Source: Candidatus Latescibacterota bacterium
Lineage (GTDB): Bacteria > Latescibacterota > UBA2968 > GCA-2709665
Length of the DNA: 64,000 nt
Direction of reading: 5' to 3'
NCBI GenBank assembly: GCA_965248435.1
Contig: OZ252100.1
Span: forward strand, 4,704,001-4,768,000
In this document: positions 9,720 through 18,601 of the stretch, one piece after another
How the letters are laid out: each line of letters starts with the position of its first letter
How positions within the stretch are numbered: position 1 is the stretch's first letter
Translations under genes and position numbers: made by a program
The notes under the pieces: model-generated
Databases searched by the model: none
Seen by the model: only the letters and a program-made list of their open reading frames with translations
Told to the model about the DNA's origin: nothing

Positions 9720-10649
9720 GTGACGCGTGAGGAACTGAAGAAACGGATCCAGGGGACGCCCGCGACGATCCCGACGGCGTTCGACGATAACCTGCAGCTG
9801 GACCTGGGCCGACAGAAAGACCTGACGCAATGGTGGATGGAAAACGGCCTGGGTACAGACGTTGCGGCCCTGAAAGTCGCCGCGGCGATGGGGGAAAGTG
9901 CGGCGCTGAGTGACGCGGAGCTGCCCAAAGTGATGCGCGCCGTGGTCGACGCGGCAGGCAAGGACGCTACGATCATCTGCGCACTGAAGACCAAGGATAC
10001 CCTGAACACGATCGAAGACGCCAAGATGGCGCAGGATATGGGTGCGATCGGACTTCAGATCGAGCTGCCGTTTCATCACAAACCGGTTCAGGACGACTAC
10101 GTCCGCTACTTCACCGACATCTCGGATGCCATCGACATCGGGATTATGATCTACAACACCCACTGGTTCGGCTGCCAGTCACTTACCGCCGAGACGATTC
10201 TCCGGATGAAAGACGCTGAACACGTGGCGGCGATCAAGTGGGCGGTGCCCGAATCGGTGGATTACGATGAGATGCGCCAGTTCAGCGACACCTTCAACGT
10301 GATCGACAACAGCAACCAACCCGTCAGATGCCACAAGAACGGGGGCCGGGGCTACATCAGCGTGTCGATCCCGGCCTATCCCCGGCACGATCTGAAGGTC
10401 TGGGAGCTGCTTGAAGCAAAACAGTACGACGAAGCCCAGGCCCTCTACAGCGGCGTCAGAACGCCCCTCGAGCCGTGGCTCGCCAAGACCGCGAAGCGGT
10501 CGGGCGGCCAGCGACAGTTCAAGGGGATGATGACGATCGTCGGGCAGCCGGCCGGTCCGCCGCGCCCGCCCACACTTCCGATCGAGGAGGATGAGCTCCA
10601 GGAGCTACGTGGATTGTTCAAGGAGTTTGGATGGCCCGTTGTCGGTTGA
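9720..10649 (+). CDS. dihydrodipicolinate synthase family (class I aldolase) protein
   Basis: TIPTAFD, AAMGE (variant of GxxGE), IMIYN, AIKW Schiff-base Lys, PRPP. Confidence 0.88.
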   Translation: MTREELKKRIQGTPATIPTAFDDNLQLDLGRQKDLTQWWMENGLGTDVAALKVAAAMGESAALSDAELPKVMRAVVDAAGKDATIICALKTKDTLNTIEDAKMAQDMGAIGLQIELPFHHKPVQDDYVRYFTDISDAIDIGIMIYNTHWFGCQSLTAETILRMKDAEHVAAIKWAVPESVDYDEMRQFSDTFNVIDNSNQPVRCHKNGGRGYISVSIPAYPRHDLKVWELLEAKQYDEAQALYSGVRTPLEPWLAKTAKRSGGQRQFKGMMTIVGQPAGPPRPPTLPIEEDELQELRGLFKEFGWPVVG

Positions 10650-10660
10650 GAAACGTCGTT

Positions 10661-10734
10661 CAATTGCGGATTTTGGATTTGGGATTGCGGATTGAAAGAC
10701 AGCTCACCCCAGAGTCACCGAGTTCGCAGAGAAA
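10661..10734. repeat. heptamer tandem repeat followed by 9-nt-period repeat
   Basis: CGGATTT TGGATTT GGGATTG CGGATTG; then CCCAGAGTC ACCGAGTTC GCAGAGAAA. Confidence 0.65.
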
Positions 10735-10774
10735 TTCGAATCATGAATGTCCAACTCACTGAAGGAGGAGAGCC

Positions 10775-11701
10775 GTGACACGTGAAGAACTGAAGAAACT
10801 GATCAGGGGTACGCCCGCGACAATCCCGACCGCGTTCGATGACAACATGCAGCTGGACCTGGCGAGACAGAAAGACCTGTCCCAATGGTGGGTGAAGAAC
10901 GGTCTTGGCACAGACGTCGCAGCCCTGAAGGTCGCCGCAGCGATGGGGGAAGGGGCGGAGCTGGCTGACGAAGAGCTGCCCAAGGTACTTCGCGCCGTAG
11001 TCGACGGGGCGGGCAAGGATGCAACGGTTATCTGCGCGCTCAAGTCCAAGAACACGCTGGCCACGATCGAAGACGCAAAGATGGCGCAGGATATGGGTGC
11101 GATCGGACTTCAGATCGAGCTGCCGTTTCATCACAAACCTGTTCAGGACGACTTCGTTCGCTACTACACGGACATTTCCGACGCGATCGACATCGGCATC
11201 ATGATCTACAACACCTTCTGGTTCGGCTGCCAGTCGCTGACCGCCGATACGATTCTCCGGCTGGGCGACGCTGAGCACGTCGTAGCGATCAAGTGGGCGG
11301 TGCCCGAAGGACAGGACTACGATGAGATGACCCGGTTCAGCGACACCTTCAACGTGATCGATAACTCCGGGCAGTGCGTGCGATGCCACAAGAATGGGGG
11401 CCGGGGCTACATCAGTGCGACGATCCCGGCCTATCCCAAGTTCGATCTTGATCTTTTCCAGATGCTGGAGGCGAAACAGTACGACGAAGCTCAGACCCTC
11501 TACAGCCGCGCCATAGGAACACTCGCCGAGTGGATGCAGAAGACCCAGGCTCATTCTGGAGGAATGAGGCAGTTCAAGGCGATGATGACCGTGGTCGGCC
11601 AGCCAGCCGGACCGCCGCGTCCGCCTACGCTTCCGATCGAGGATGAGGAACTTGCGGAGCTCAAAGGATTATTCGGTGAGCTGAACTGGCCTGTAGCATA
11701 A
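10775..11701 (+). CDS. dihydrodipicolinate synthase family protein
   Basis: Close tandem paralog of 9720-10649; same motifs. Confidence 0.88.
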   Translation: MTREELKKLIRGTPATIPTAFDDNMQLDLARQKDLSQWWVKNGLGTDVAALKVAAAMGEGAELADEELPKVLRAVVDGAGKDATVICALKSKNTLATIEDAKMAQDMGAIGLQIELPFHHKPVQDDFVRYYTDISDAIDIGIMIYNTFWFGCQSLTADTILRLGDAEHVVAIKWAVPEGQDYDEMTRFSDTFNVIDNSGQCVRCHKNGGRGYISATIPAYPKFDLDLFQMLEAKQYDEAQTLYSRAIGTLAEWMQKTQAHSGGMRQFKAMMTVVGQPAGPPRPPTLPIEDEELAELKGLFGELNWPVA

Positions 11702-11781
11702 GTCCGTAAATCGTGGATCGTGGTTCGCAAACCATTTCACCCGTATAGGCGCAGAGAAGATCCTTTGGTACAGGGCATACG

Positions 11782-12654
11782 ATGATCGGTCTGGTGGCGT
11801 TCGATCTGGACGGTACGGTCCTGACCGCAAAAAACGAGGCTTCCGAGACATCGCTGGATGCGATTCGGGCGCTCGTCAAGCGGGGGATTGTCGTCGCATC
11901 GATCAGCGGGAGGAACGTGGGAAACAGCCAGAGGCCTTTTGCTGCGGATCCCGAACTGGCCAGGAATTTTTACTTTGGATGCTACAACGGATCTGTCGTC
12001 CTGAGCTCTGAGACGAATGGACGAAGGGAACTGCTGCACGAAGAACGACTTCCCGGGGAGATTTTTCGGGAAGCCATAGACTACATCGATAGACGACAAC
12101 TCAGCTTCATTTACTGCGGCTGTGAGATAGGGTCGGAGAACATACAGGAAACTTATATAGCAGACCGCAACTCTGAGTCTGTTGAAGCGCTGGTGGAACT
12201 CGTTGGACTCGATATGGCCTGCGATGAGAGATTGATTTCGAGAATCAGGAAAAAGGAACTGCGTCCGCCCCCCAAGCTGATCGTCCTTCCTGGAACGGAA
12301 AACCGGGACCAGATCCTGGGTGAAATGCAGGAGGTATTCGCAGATCGTGCCTACTTGTCTGCGACAGGAGAGGATCGGCTCGAACTCATGCACAGGAATG
12401 TGAACAAAGGTGTTGCGCTGCAGACCGTTGCGGAGGTTTGCGGCGTATCGATCGATGAGACTCTGGCGGTCGGCGATGGTGACAACGACCTCCCGATGCT
12501 GCAGAAAGCGGGGGTAGGTGTGCTCCTCGAGAGCGCCGACGAGGCGACGCTCCGAGCGGCGAGGGACTCAGGGATTCACCTGGGTGAATCATTTGAAGCA
12601 GAGGGATTTGCGAAGGCCGTCCTGCATTACGCATTGAGCGAGAAGACTGACTGA
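11782..12654 (+). CDS. Cof-type HAD-IIB hydrolase
   Basis: DLDGT motif I, SGR, KG, GDGDND motif IV. Confidence 0.92.
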   Translation: MIGLVAFDLDGTVLTAKNEASETSLDAIRALVKRGIVVASISGRNVGNSQRPFAADPELARNFYFGCYNGSVVLSSETNGRRELLHEERLPGEIFREAIDYIDRRQLSFIYCGCEIGSENIQETYIADRNSESVEALVELVGLDMACDERLISRIRKKELRPPPKLIVLPGTENRDQILGEMQEVFADRAYLSATGEDRLELMHRNVNKGVALQTVAEVCGVSIDETLAVGDGDNDLPMLQKAGVGVLLESADEATLRAARDSGIHLGESFEAEGFAKAVLHYALSEKTD

Positions 12655-12748
12655 GGGGCGGGTCGGGCAAACGCTGGACACGGCGCGCCGCTCTTGTTAC
12701 AATGAATGCGGTTATCTGATAGGAAGGATAGAACCCAAAGGAGGAAAC

Positions 12749-13684
12749 ATGATCCCAGTAGAAGAGCTGAGAAAACGCTGGCAGGGCGTCGTGATTCCAC
12801 TGGTCACGCCCTTCAAAGAGGACGGGTCCATGGACCTGCCGGCCCTGGAGAGCAATGTCCAGTGGTTGATCGATAAAGGGGCCCGCGCCGGCAACTCGGT
12901 GCTGCTCGCCGTCGGATCGGGAGGCGATTTTACCTCGATGAGGGTAGAAGAGCGGAAAGAGGCCATCAAAACAGTATGCGAGGTGGCGAAAGGCAAAGTG
13001 CCCGTTATGGCGAGTGGGCAGAGCACGGATATCCGGGACTGCATCGAGATTTGTCAGCACGGAGAAGCGGTGGGGATGGATGCGGTGCAGCTCGCGGGCC
13101 ACTACTTCTACGACGGTCGCCCCGGAGATACCCTGGCCTGGTTCAAGGAGGTTGCCCGCAACACCGATATCGGCTTTGCCGTGTACAACCATTTCTATTC
13201 CGGTGCACACTTCGACATGCCGCTGGAGCTGATCGATGAGGTCCTTGACATCCCCAACAGCATCGCGGTCAAGTGGGGAGCGGCCGACGTCGCCAAATTC
13301 ATGGCAGGGGTGCAGCGGTTCAACTCGAGGGCGGTGGTGGTGGATAATGCCTTCCTTCCGCAGATTTCCTACATGCTCGGAGTCCGGTGTCACATAAGCC
13401 ACATCCCCAACTTCTACCCGGAGCATTCCTGGGGTGTGCACGAGCTTCTCGTGGCGGGCAAATACGAAGAGGCCAAGCGGGAATGGGACCGGTGCGCTCA
13501 ACCCTGGCTGAAATTGACTGCCGAAGTGAGGGCTCAGACAGCGGCGGAGGGGGTCTTCGTCCGACCTGCGATGGATGCAGCTGGACTGAAGGGAGGCTAC
13601 TCGCGTCTGCCGTCACGGGATGAAGTCGTGACGCCGGAACTTCGCGAGGGCTACAAAAAGATGTTGGCCGAATTCCAGGGATAG
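12749..13684 (+). CDS. dihydrodipicolinate synthase family protein
   Basis: PLVTPF, GSGGDF, VYN, AVKW; divergent from the other three. Confidence 0.88.
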   Translation: MIPVEELRKRWQGVVIPLVTPFKEDGSMDLPALESNVQWLIDKGARAGNSVLLAVGSGGDFTSMRVEERKEAIKTVCEVAKGKVPVMASGQSTDIRDCIEICQHGEAVGMDAVQLAGHYFYDGRPGDTLAWFKEVARNTDIGFAVYNHFYSGAHFDMPLELIDEVLDIPNSIAVKWGAADVAKFMAGVQRFNSRAVVVDNAFLPQISYMLGVRCHISHIPNFYPEHSWGVHELLVAGKYEEAKREWDRCAQPWLKLTAEVRAQTAAEGVFVRPAMDAAGLKGGYSRLPSRDEVVTPELREGYKKMLAEFQG

Positions 13685-13711
13685 GTGGACTTCAGAAAAG
13701 GAGCTGTTTAC

Positions 13712-14644
13712 ATGACTCGAGATGAGGTGAGAAAACTGATGCAGGGCCCGATGGCCACCGTCGTGACGCCGTTCGACGACGATTACGAAGTCGACCACGG
13801 GCGGATGGCGGAGGCGGTGAGGTATTATGTAGACGGTGGCCTGGTGACCGGCAAGGCGGTAATCAAGGTGGCTGCGGCCATGGGCGAAGGGCCGATGCTT
13901 TGCGATGATGAATGGCCCGCGCTCCTGCGGACGGCCGTGCAGGCTGCAGAGGGCAAGGCCACCATTATGTGTGGAATTCATTACAAAGACACCAAGCGCA
14001 CGATCGAAGACTGCAAACGGGTCTCGGATCTGGGAGCGATCGGTGTGCAGATCAATCCACCGATCTTTAACGCGCCGACGCAGGATGACATCGTACGCTA
14101 CTTCGGGGATGTCTCGGATGCGATTGATATCGGGATTCTGCTCTATAACACCCACTGGCTCGGCTATGGCAACGTGCTCCCGGAGACGATTCTGAAGATG
14201 AAGGATTTCAAGCAGCTCGCGGGGATCAAGTGGAGCGTGCCCGAGGGGCAGGACTACGAGGATATGACCAAATTCGTCGATATTTTCAACGTGATCGACA
14301 ACAGCAGTCAGGCGGCGCGCTGCCATAAACTGGGCGGGCGGGGCTACATCAATCTGACCTCTGAGATCTATCCGCCGCACGAACTGCGCGTCTGGGAACT
14401 GCTGGAGACCAAGCAGTACGACCAAGGGCAGGCCCTGTTCGACAAGGTCAACGATCCTCTGCGTGATCTGTATGCCAAACAGTGCGAGATATCGGGTGGG
14501 CAGGCTCGATTGAAGAAGGTGATGATGGCCATCATGGGCATGCCGATGGGGGCCTCCCGGCCGCCGTCCATGCCGCTGAGCGAGGAGGAAGTCGCCGAAG
14601 TTCGGGAGGTGATGATCGGTTTCGGCTGGCCTGTTAAGAATTAA
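13712..14644 (+). CDS. dihydrodipicolinate synthase family protein
   Basis: VVTPFD, AAMGEG, LYN, GIKW; ATG 13712 follows AAGGAG. Confidence 0.88.
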   Translation: MTRDEVRKLMQGPMATVVTPFDDDYEVDHGRMAEAVRYYVDGGLVTGKAVIKVAAAMGEGPMLCDDEWPALLRTAVQAAEGKATIMCGIHYKDTKRTIEDCKRVSDLGAIGVQINPPIFNAPTQDDIVRYFGDVSDAIDIGILLYNTHWLGYGNVLPETILKMKDFKQLAGIKWSVPEGQDYEDMTKFVDIFNVIDNSSQAARCHKLGGRGYINLTSEIYPPHELRVWELLETKQYDQGQALFDKVNDPLRDLYAKQCEISGGQARLKKVMMAIMGMPMGASRPPSMPLSEEEVAEVREVMIGFGWPVKN

Positions 14645-14741
14645 CGGGTACCGGGATAGGTAGATAGGTTACAGAGACCTGACGGTTTGGGGGCGACGCC
14701 TGCGTCGCCCCGGGAAACCAAAACACGGGTACCGGGTACCG
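14645..14741 (+). repeat. ~97-bp dispersed repeat, copy 1 (contains REP-like GGGGCGACGC-CT-GCGTCGCCCC)
   Basis: About 6 mismatches to the copy at 23884-23980, same orientation. Confidence 0.9.
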
Positions 14742-14770
14742 TAAGAAGAAGAAATGATCTTCCCCCTTTA

Positions 14771-15532
14771 TCAAAGGGGGATTGAGGGGGATTTATCGGG
14801 CGTTTTAGAAGGAAGGTCGGCGCTGCTGGAGAGGATGTGTTCCTTCATCGCGTGTTGGGCACGCTGGGCATCGCCACTTCGAATCGCTTGAAAGATCGTG
14901 TGGTGTTCCTGCAAGGACAGCTTTGTTCGCTTTACCACCTCGGGGATCGGGCGCGCCAGCGTTTCCTTGATCCACTCGTGGAGATAGCCCCTCGTCATAC
15001 TCAACAGGCTGTAAAGGATCGTGTTCTGCGTCGCCTGGGCGATCAGGAGGTGGAATTCCAGGTCGCATTCCAGGAATCGATCCGGATTCTCCAGCAGGTC
15101 TTCCATCGTTTCCAGGTTTTGCGCTACCATTGAGAGATTTTCCTTGGTGCAGCGTTGCGCTGCCAGGCTTGCATTCTCTGATTCCAGAATGAGCCGGGTT
15201 TCCATCAGATCCTGCACCCTTTTTGAATCCAGCAACAGACCCCACTGAAGCGTTTTTTCCATATACCGGCTGCTGTTGTTGGCGACAAAGGTGCCTTCTC
15301 CCACCCGGCCTTCCAGGATTCCCATTACCGAAAGAGAGCGCAGGGCCTCACGAAGGGACGTGCGTCCGACGCCGAATCTCTTGCAGAGGTCCCTTTCACC
15401 CGGAAGCCGCTCGCCGGGCTTGAGCACATCCCGGGAGATCAATTCGATGATCTGCTCCACGATCTCGTCACTCAGGGACCTGCGGTTGACGGGCCGCATC
15501 TCTTCGAAGGCGGCGTTTCTTCCAAGGGTCAT
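14771..15532 (-). CDS. GntR/FadR family transcriptional regulator
   Basis: wHTH LPGERDLCKRFGVGRTSLREAL; FCD domain DLEFH...N, EH. Confidence 0.95.
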   Translation of the reverse strand: MTLGRNAAFEEMRPVNRRSLSDEIVEQIIELISRDVLKPGERLPGERDLCKRFGVGRTSLREALRSLSVMGILEGRVGEGTFVANNSSRYMEKTLQWGLLLDSKRVQDLMETRLILESENASLAAQRCTKENLSMVAQNLETMEDLLENPDRFLECDLEFHLLIAQATQNTILYSLLSMTRGYLHEWIKETLARPIPEVVKRTKLSLQEHHTIFQAIRSGDAQRAQHAMKEHILSSSADLPSKTPDKSPSIPL

Positions 15533-15642
15533 CGGTAAGACCTCGATCCAGAGAACCTTTTCATATTACAGCATAATATGTTGTTATTAAACAATATATA
15601 TCAAAATGGGTGGGAGACCCGGCCGTAACGCTGAATTTTTCC

Positions 15643-15691
15643 TTGCAATTGAAGAAATTATGGTTATCATTATGCCGATGGTCTGACCATC
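15643..15691 (+). promoter_or_regulatory. sigma70-like promoter and FadR-type operator
   Basis: TTGCAA-N16-TATCAT followed by palindrome GATGGTC-T-GACCATC (15677-15691), matching the TGGTCNGACCA FadR-subfamily pattern. Confidence 0.7.
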
Positions 15692-15756
15692 AACATAATA
15701 TAAGATTAGACAATTTCATCTCCGGTGTCAAGCGGAATCAAGTGGGAGGATAAGGC

Positions 15757-16395
15757 ATGGGACAGACCCTGGATATCGGGACTCGGGTCGAGCTGGTCCC
15801 GATGGACCCGCATTTTCACGAGATGACGATTTCGCTCTACCGTCAAGCAAGAGAGAGCGGACCGGCATATCTGCTGCATACCTACAGCAGATTGGAGGGG
15901 GCCGACGGTCGCCTCCAGGCTGTGAAGAAGGGGATGATTACCCTGGGAGGCGTGGAAGAAGATCCGGAAAGAGAGTTGCTGCGCTTTCCCTGCGGGACGG
16001 GACACGAATTCGCCTGCAGACGGCTTTTCCTGGAGTCGTGCAAATCGGACCCAAAAGGGCCGGTTGAGGTCCGACCTTTGACGACCCTGGATAAGAAGTC
16101 GGGCCTGGACATCCGAGTGGTCAGTCTGGGGGACGGCGCTTACCAGGTCACCGCAGACGGCGACCACGAGGACAAAGATCGTCGCGTTTCGGTCATCGTC
16201 AACGGCCTCAGGAAATTGGGTGAAATGCTGGGCGTAGAAGGGAGCCCTGACCAGGTGGCCTTTCCCTGCGGTCGCTCACACGATGCCCTGGTCGGCCTGC
16301 TGCTCGTACGGGCTCCAAACGTGCGCGCGATCGTCAGGGAGCAGGAGATGGCATCGGCTCGAGGCGTTCTGGCGGCTCCGAGTCAACAAGAATGA
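15757..16395 (+). CDS. hypothetical protein, first gene of the corrinoid methyltransferase operon
   Basis: GGAGG RBS; two internal FPCG..H motifs; no family recognised. Confidence 0.75.
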   Translation: MGQTLDIGTRVELVPMDPHFHEMTISLYRQARESGPAYLLHTYSRLEGADGRLQAVKKGMITLGGVEEDPERELLRFPCGTGHEFACRRLFLESCKSDPKGPVEVRPLTTLDKKSGLDIRVVSLGDGAYQVTADGDHEDKDRRVSVIVNGLRKLGEMLGVEGSPDQVAFPCGRSHDALVGLLLVRAPNVRAIVREQEMASARGVLAAPSQQE

Positions 16396-16443
16396 AGTTG
16401 CATTCAGAAGTGGAAAACAAGCCTAGCCTTTGAGGAGATAACC

Positions 16444-17493
16444 GTGGAAAATCAGGCAGTAGGACCCATGACCGGACGCGAGCGCGTCCTTGCAGCTCTG
16501 CGAAGAGAGCCGGTGGATCGTACAGCCGTCTGCAACCCGACGTCTGTCGCGACGGTCGAACTGATGGACCTGGTAGACGCCCCCTTCCCGCAGGCCAACC
16601 GGGAGCCTGAGCTGATGGCCAGGCTGGCCGCGACCGGATATACGGAACTGGGGTTCGATACGATCATGCCGGTCTTCACGATTATACAGGAGTCTTCTGC
16701 ACTGGGGTGCAGGATCCAGTGGGAACAAAAGGACAACTGGCCGACCGTCAAGATGCGGGAACCGATCTGGGAAGATGTGGATGATATCAAGATCCCGTCG
16801 GACTTTCTGACGCATCAGGATACGCAGTGTGTCCTGGAGGCGATCAAGATTCTCAAGAAGGAGTATGGGGATGAAGTGGCCGTGATCGGCAAGACGATGG
16901 GGCCCTGGTCGTTGGGTTATCACTGCTTCGGCGTCGAGCCCTTTCTCCTGATGTCACTGGATGATCCGGACAAGACTAAGGCCTGTCTGGACAGGATGAA
17001 GAAGGCGACGGTCGATTTCGGCGTGGCTCAGATCGAGGCAGGGGCAGATGCCCTGACGCTGCCCGATCACGCGACTGGTGACCTCGTCAGCGGCGAATAT
17101 TACGAACGGTATCTTCGTGAGCTACACATCGAGTTCGTAGATCAGATTCCGATTCCCTTGATCCTTCATATCTGCGGGAGGACCGTAGATCGGATGGAAT
17201 ACATCGCGCAGACCGGGATGGCTGCCTTTCACTACGATTCCAAAAACAAACCGGACGAGTCGATGGAAGTCATGAAGAATCGGATTTCTCTGGTCGGGAA
17301 CATCAACAATCCGGAGACGCTGTTCTCAAAAGGTCCGGATGTTGTGAGGCAGGAAGTCTACAAGAACCTGGATTCTGGCGTCCAGCTTGTCGGCCCGGAA
17401 TGCGCGATCCCGCTCCAGACCACAATCGAGAACTTGAAGGAGATTCCCAAAGCGGTGAGGGACTGGCACAAGGAGCACGTCTCCAAGAACTAG
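16444..17493 (+). CDS. MtaA/CmuA family (UroD-like) methylcobalamin methyltransferase
   Basis: ERVLAAL, GPWS, Zn-binding LHICG, LVGNI, GPEC motifs. Confidence 0.9.
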   Translation: MENQAVGPMTGRERVLAALRREPVDRTAVCNPTSVATVELMDLVDAPFPQANREPELMARLAATGYTELGFDTIMPVFTIIQESSALGCRIQWEQKDNWPTVKMREPIWEDVDDIKIPSDFLTHQDTQCVLEAIKILKKEYGDEVAVIGKTMGPWSLGYHCFGVEPFLLMSLDDPDKTKACLDRMKKATVDFGVAQIEAGADALTLPDHATGDLVSGEYYERYLRELHIEFVDQIPIPLILHICGRTVDRMEYIAQTGMAAFHYDSKNKPDESMEVMKNRISLVGNINNPETLFSKGPDVVRQEVYKNLDSGVQLVGPECAIPLQTTIENLKEIPKAVRDWHKEHVSKN

Positions 17494-17527
17494 TGGATTC
17501 ATCCATCCCGGAGGGTTTGAGATCGCC

Positions 17528-18292
17528 ATGGCAGAACTAGCTGACATAAAAAACGAATTTATTCGGAACGAGGTCGAAGAGTTCATCGAGCGCCCTGATG
17601 AGATCGAGCGAATGGTCAATACCTTTGCAAGGGTCAGCCCGGAAATGCAGAACATCGCGGCCGCGCTGATAGACGGAGCCAACCATACTGTAGATCAGCT
17701 GACGAAAGAGGCGCTCGATGCGGGTACGGAGGCGTTGGAGGTCATGGACGACGGCCTCATAGCGGGGATGGGCATCGTGGGGATCAAGTTTCGCGAGAAT
17801 TTCATATTCGTCCCCGAGGTCCTGGCTTGCGCCCGTGCCATGAAGGCCGGGATGGCCTACATCGAGCCGATTCTGTCCGCTTCGGGGGTGGAGCCGATCG
17901 GAACCGTGATCATGGGTACGGTGAAGGGGGACCTGCACGACATCGGCAAGAATCTCTGCATTATGATGCTGAGGGGTTCCGGATTCGTCGTCCACGACCT
18001 CAGCGTAGACACCTCGGAGGATGAATTCATAGAGGCGGTGGAAGAACACAAGGCCCCGCTCATGGGGATGTCCGCCCTATTGACGACGACCATGCCCAAC
18101 ATGGGAAAGACAATCGAGGCATTTATCGACGCAGACCTTCGTGATGATGTGAAGATCATGGTGGGCGGCGCGCCGGTCACCCAGGAGTTTGCAGACGACA
18201 TGGGCGCTGATGGATATGGAAAAGATGCCATGGCGTGCGTGGAACTGGCCAAACGACTGATGGCAGAGCATAAAGCGGAAGTGGGATCGTAG
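17528..18292 (+). CDS. cobalamin-binding corrinoid protein
   Basis: B12 cap (FVPEVL) plus GTVKGDLHDIGKN, SALLTTT, MVGGAP. Confidence 0.95.
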   Translation: MAELADIKNEFIRNEVEEFIERPDEIERMVNTFARVSPEMQNIAAALIDGANHTVDQLTKEALDAGTEALEVMDDGLIAGMGIVGIKFRENFIFVPEVLACARAMKAGMAYIEPILSASGVEPIGTVIMGTVKGDLHDIGKNLCIMMLRGSGFVVHDLSVDTSEDEFIEAVEEHKAPLMGMSALLTTTMPNMGKTIEAFIDADLRDDVKIMVGGAPVTQEFADDMGADGYGKDAMACVELAKRLMAEHKAEVGS

Positions 18293-18601
18293 GTGAAAAA
18301 GATCGACAAGGAAGAATATCAGAAGCGGCTGGATAAAATCACCGAGCTGTTCTCGGACATGGTCCAGCACGCGGATGAATTGTCCACCCACCGGTGTCCT
18401 TATAAGAATCGGTTTGACGAGTGCACTGCGAAGTTCGGGTGCAGGAACCAGCGTAAACCCAGCGAGGATGCGAAACTGCTGCTCTGTGTAGGGGACGACA
18501 AACTGGATTACCGGAGCGCCTGGGAGACTGACCCGGCGGACGAAGCGGACATTTGGCTAAGGAATAAGCCGTCAGATGGGGACGATATCTCACGTCGGTG
18601 A
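18293..18601 (+). CDS. small Cys-rich hypothetical protein
   Basis: CPY...ECTAKFGCRN...C; abuts the corrinoid gene and overlaps the next gene. Confidence 0.7.
   Translation: MKKIDKEEYQKRLDKITELFSDMVQHADELSTHRCPYKNRFDECTAKFGCRNQRKPSEDAKLLLCVGDDKLDYRSAWETDPADEADIWLRNKPSDGDDISRR

Noticed and set aside
9720-11701. Diversity-generating retroelement template/variable pair from near-identical DHDPS segments
   Set aside because: Both are full-length genes, differences are not adenine-specific, and there is no reverse transcriptase.
15533-15756. Cobalamin or SAM riboswitch before the methyltransferase operon
   Set aside because: AT-rich and short, no B12-box or S-box core; a FadR-type operator explains the region.
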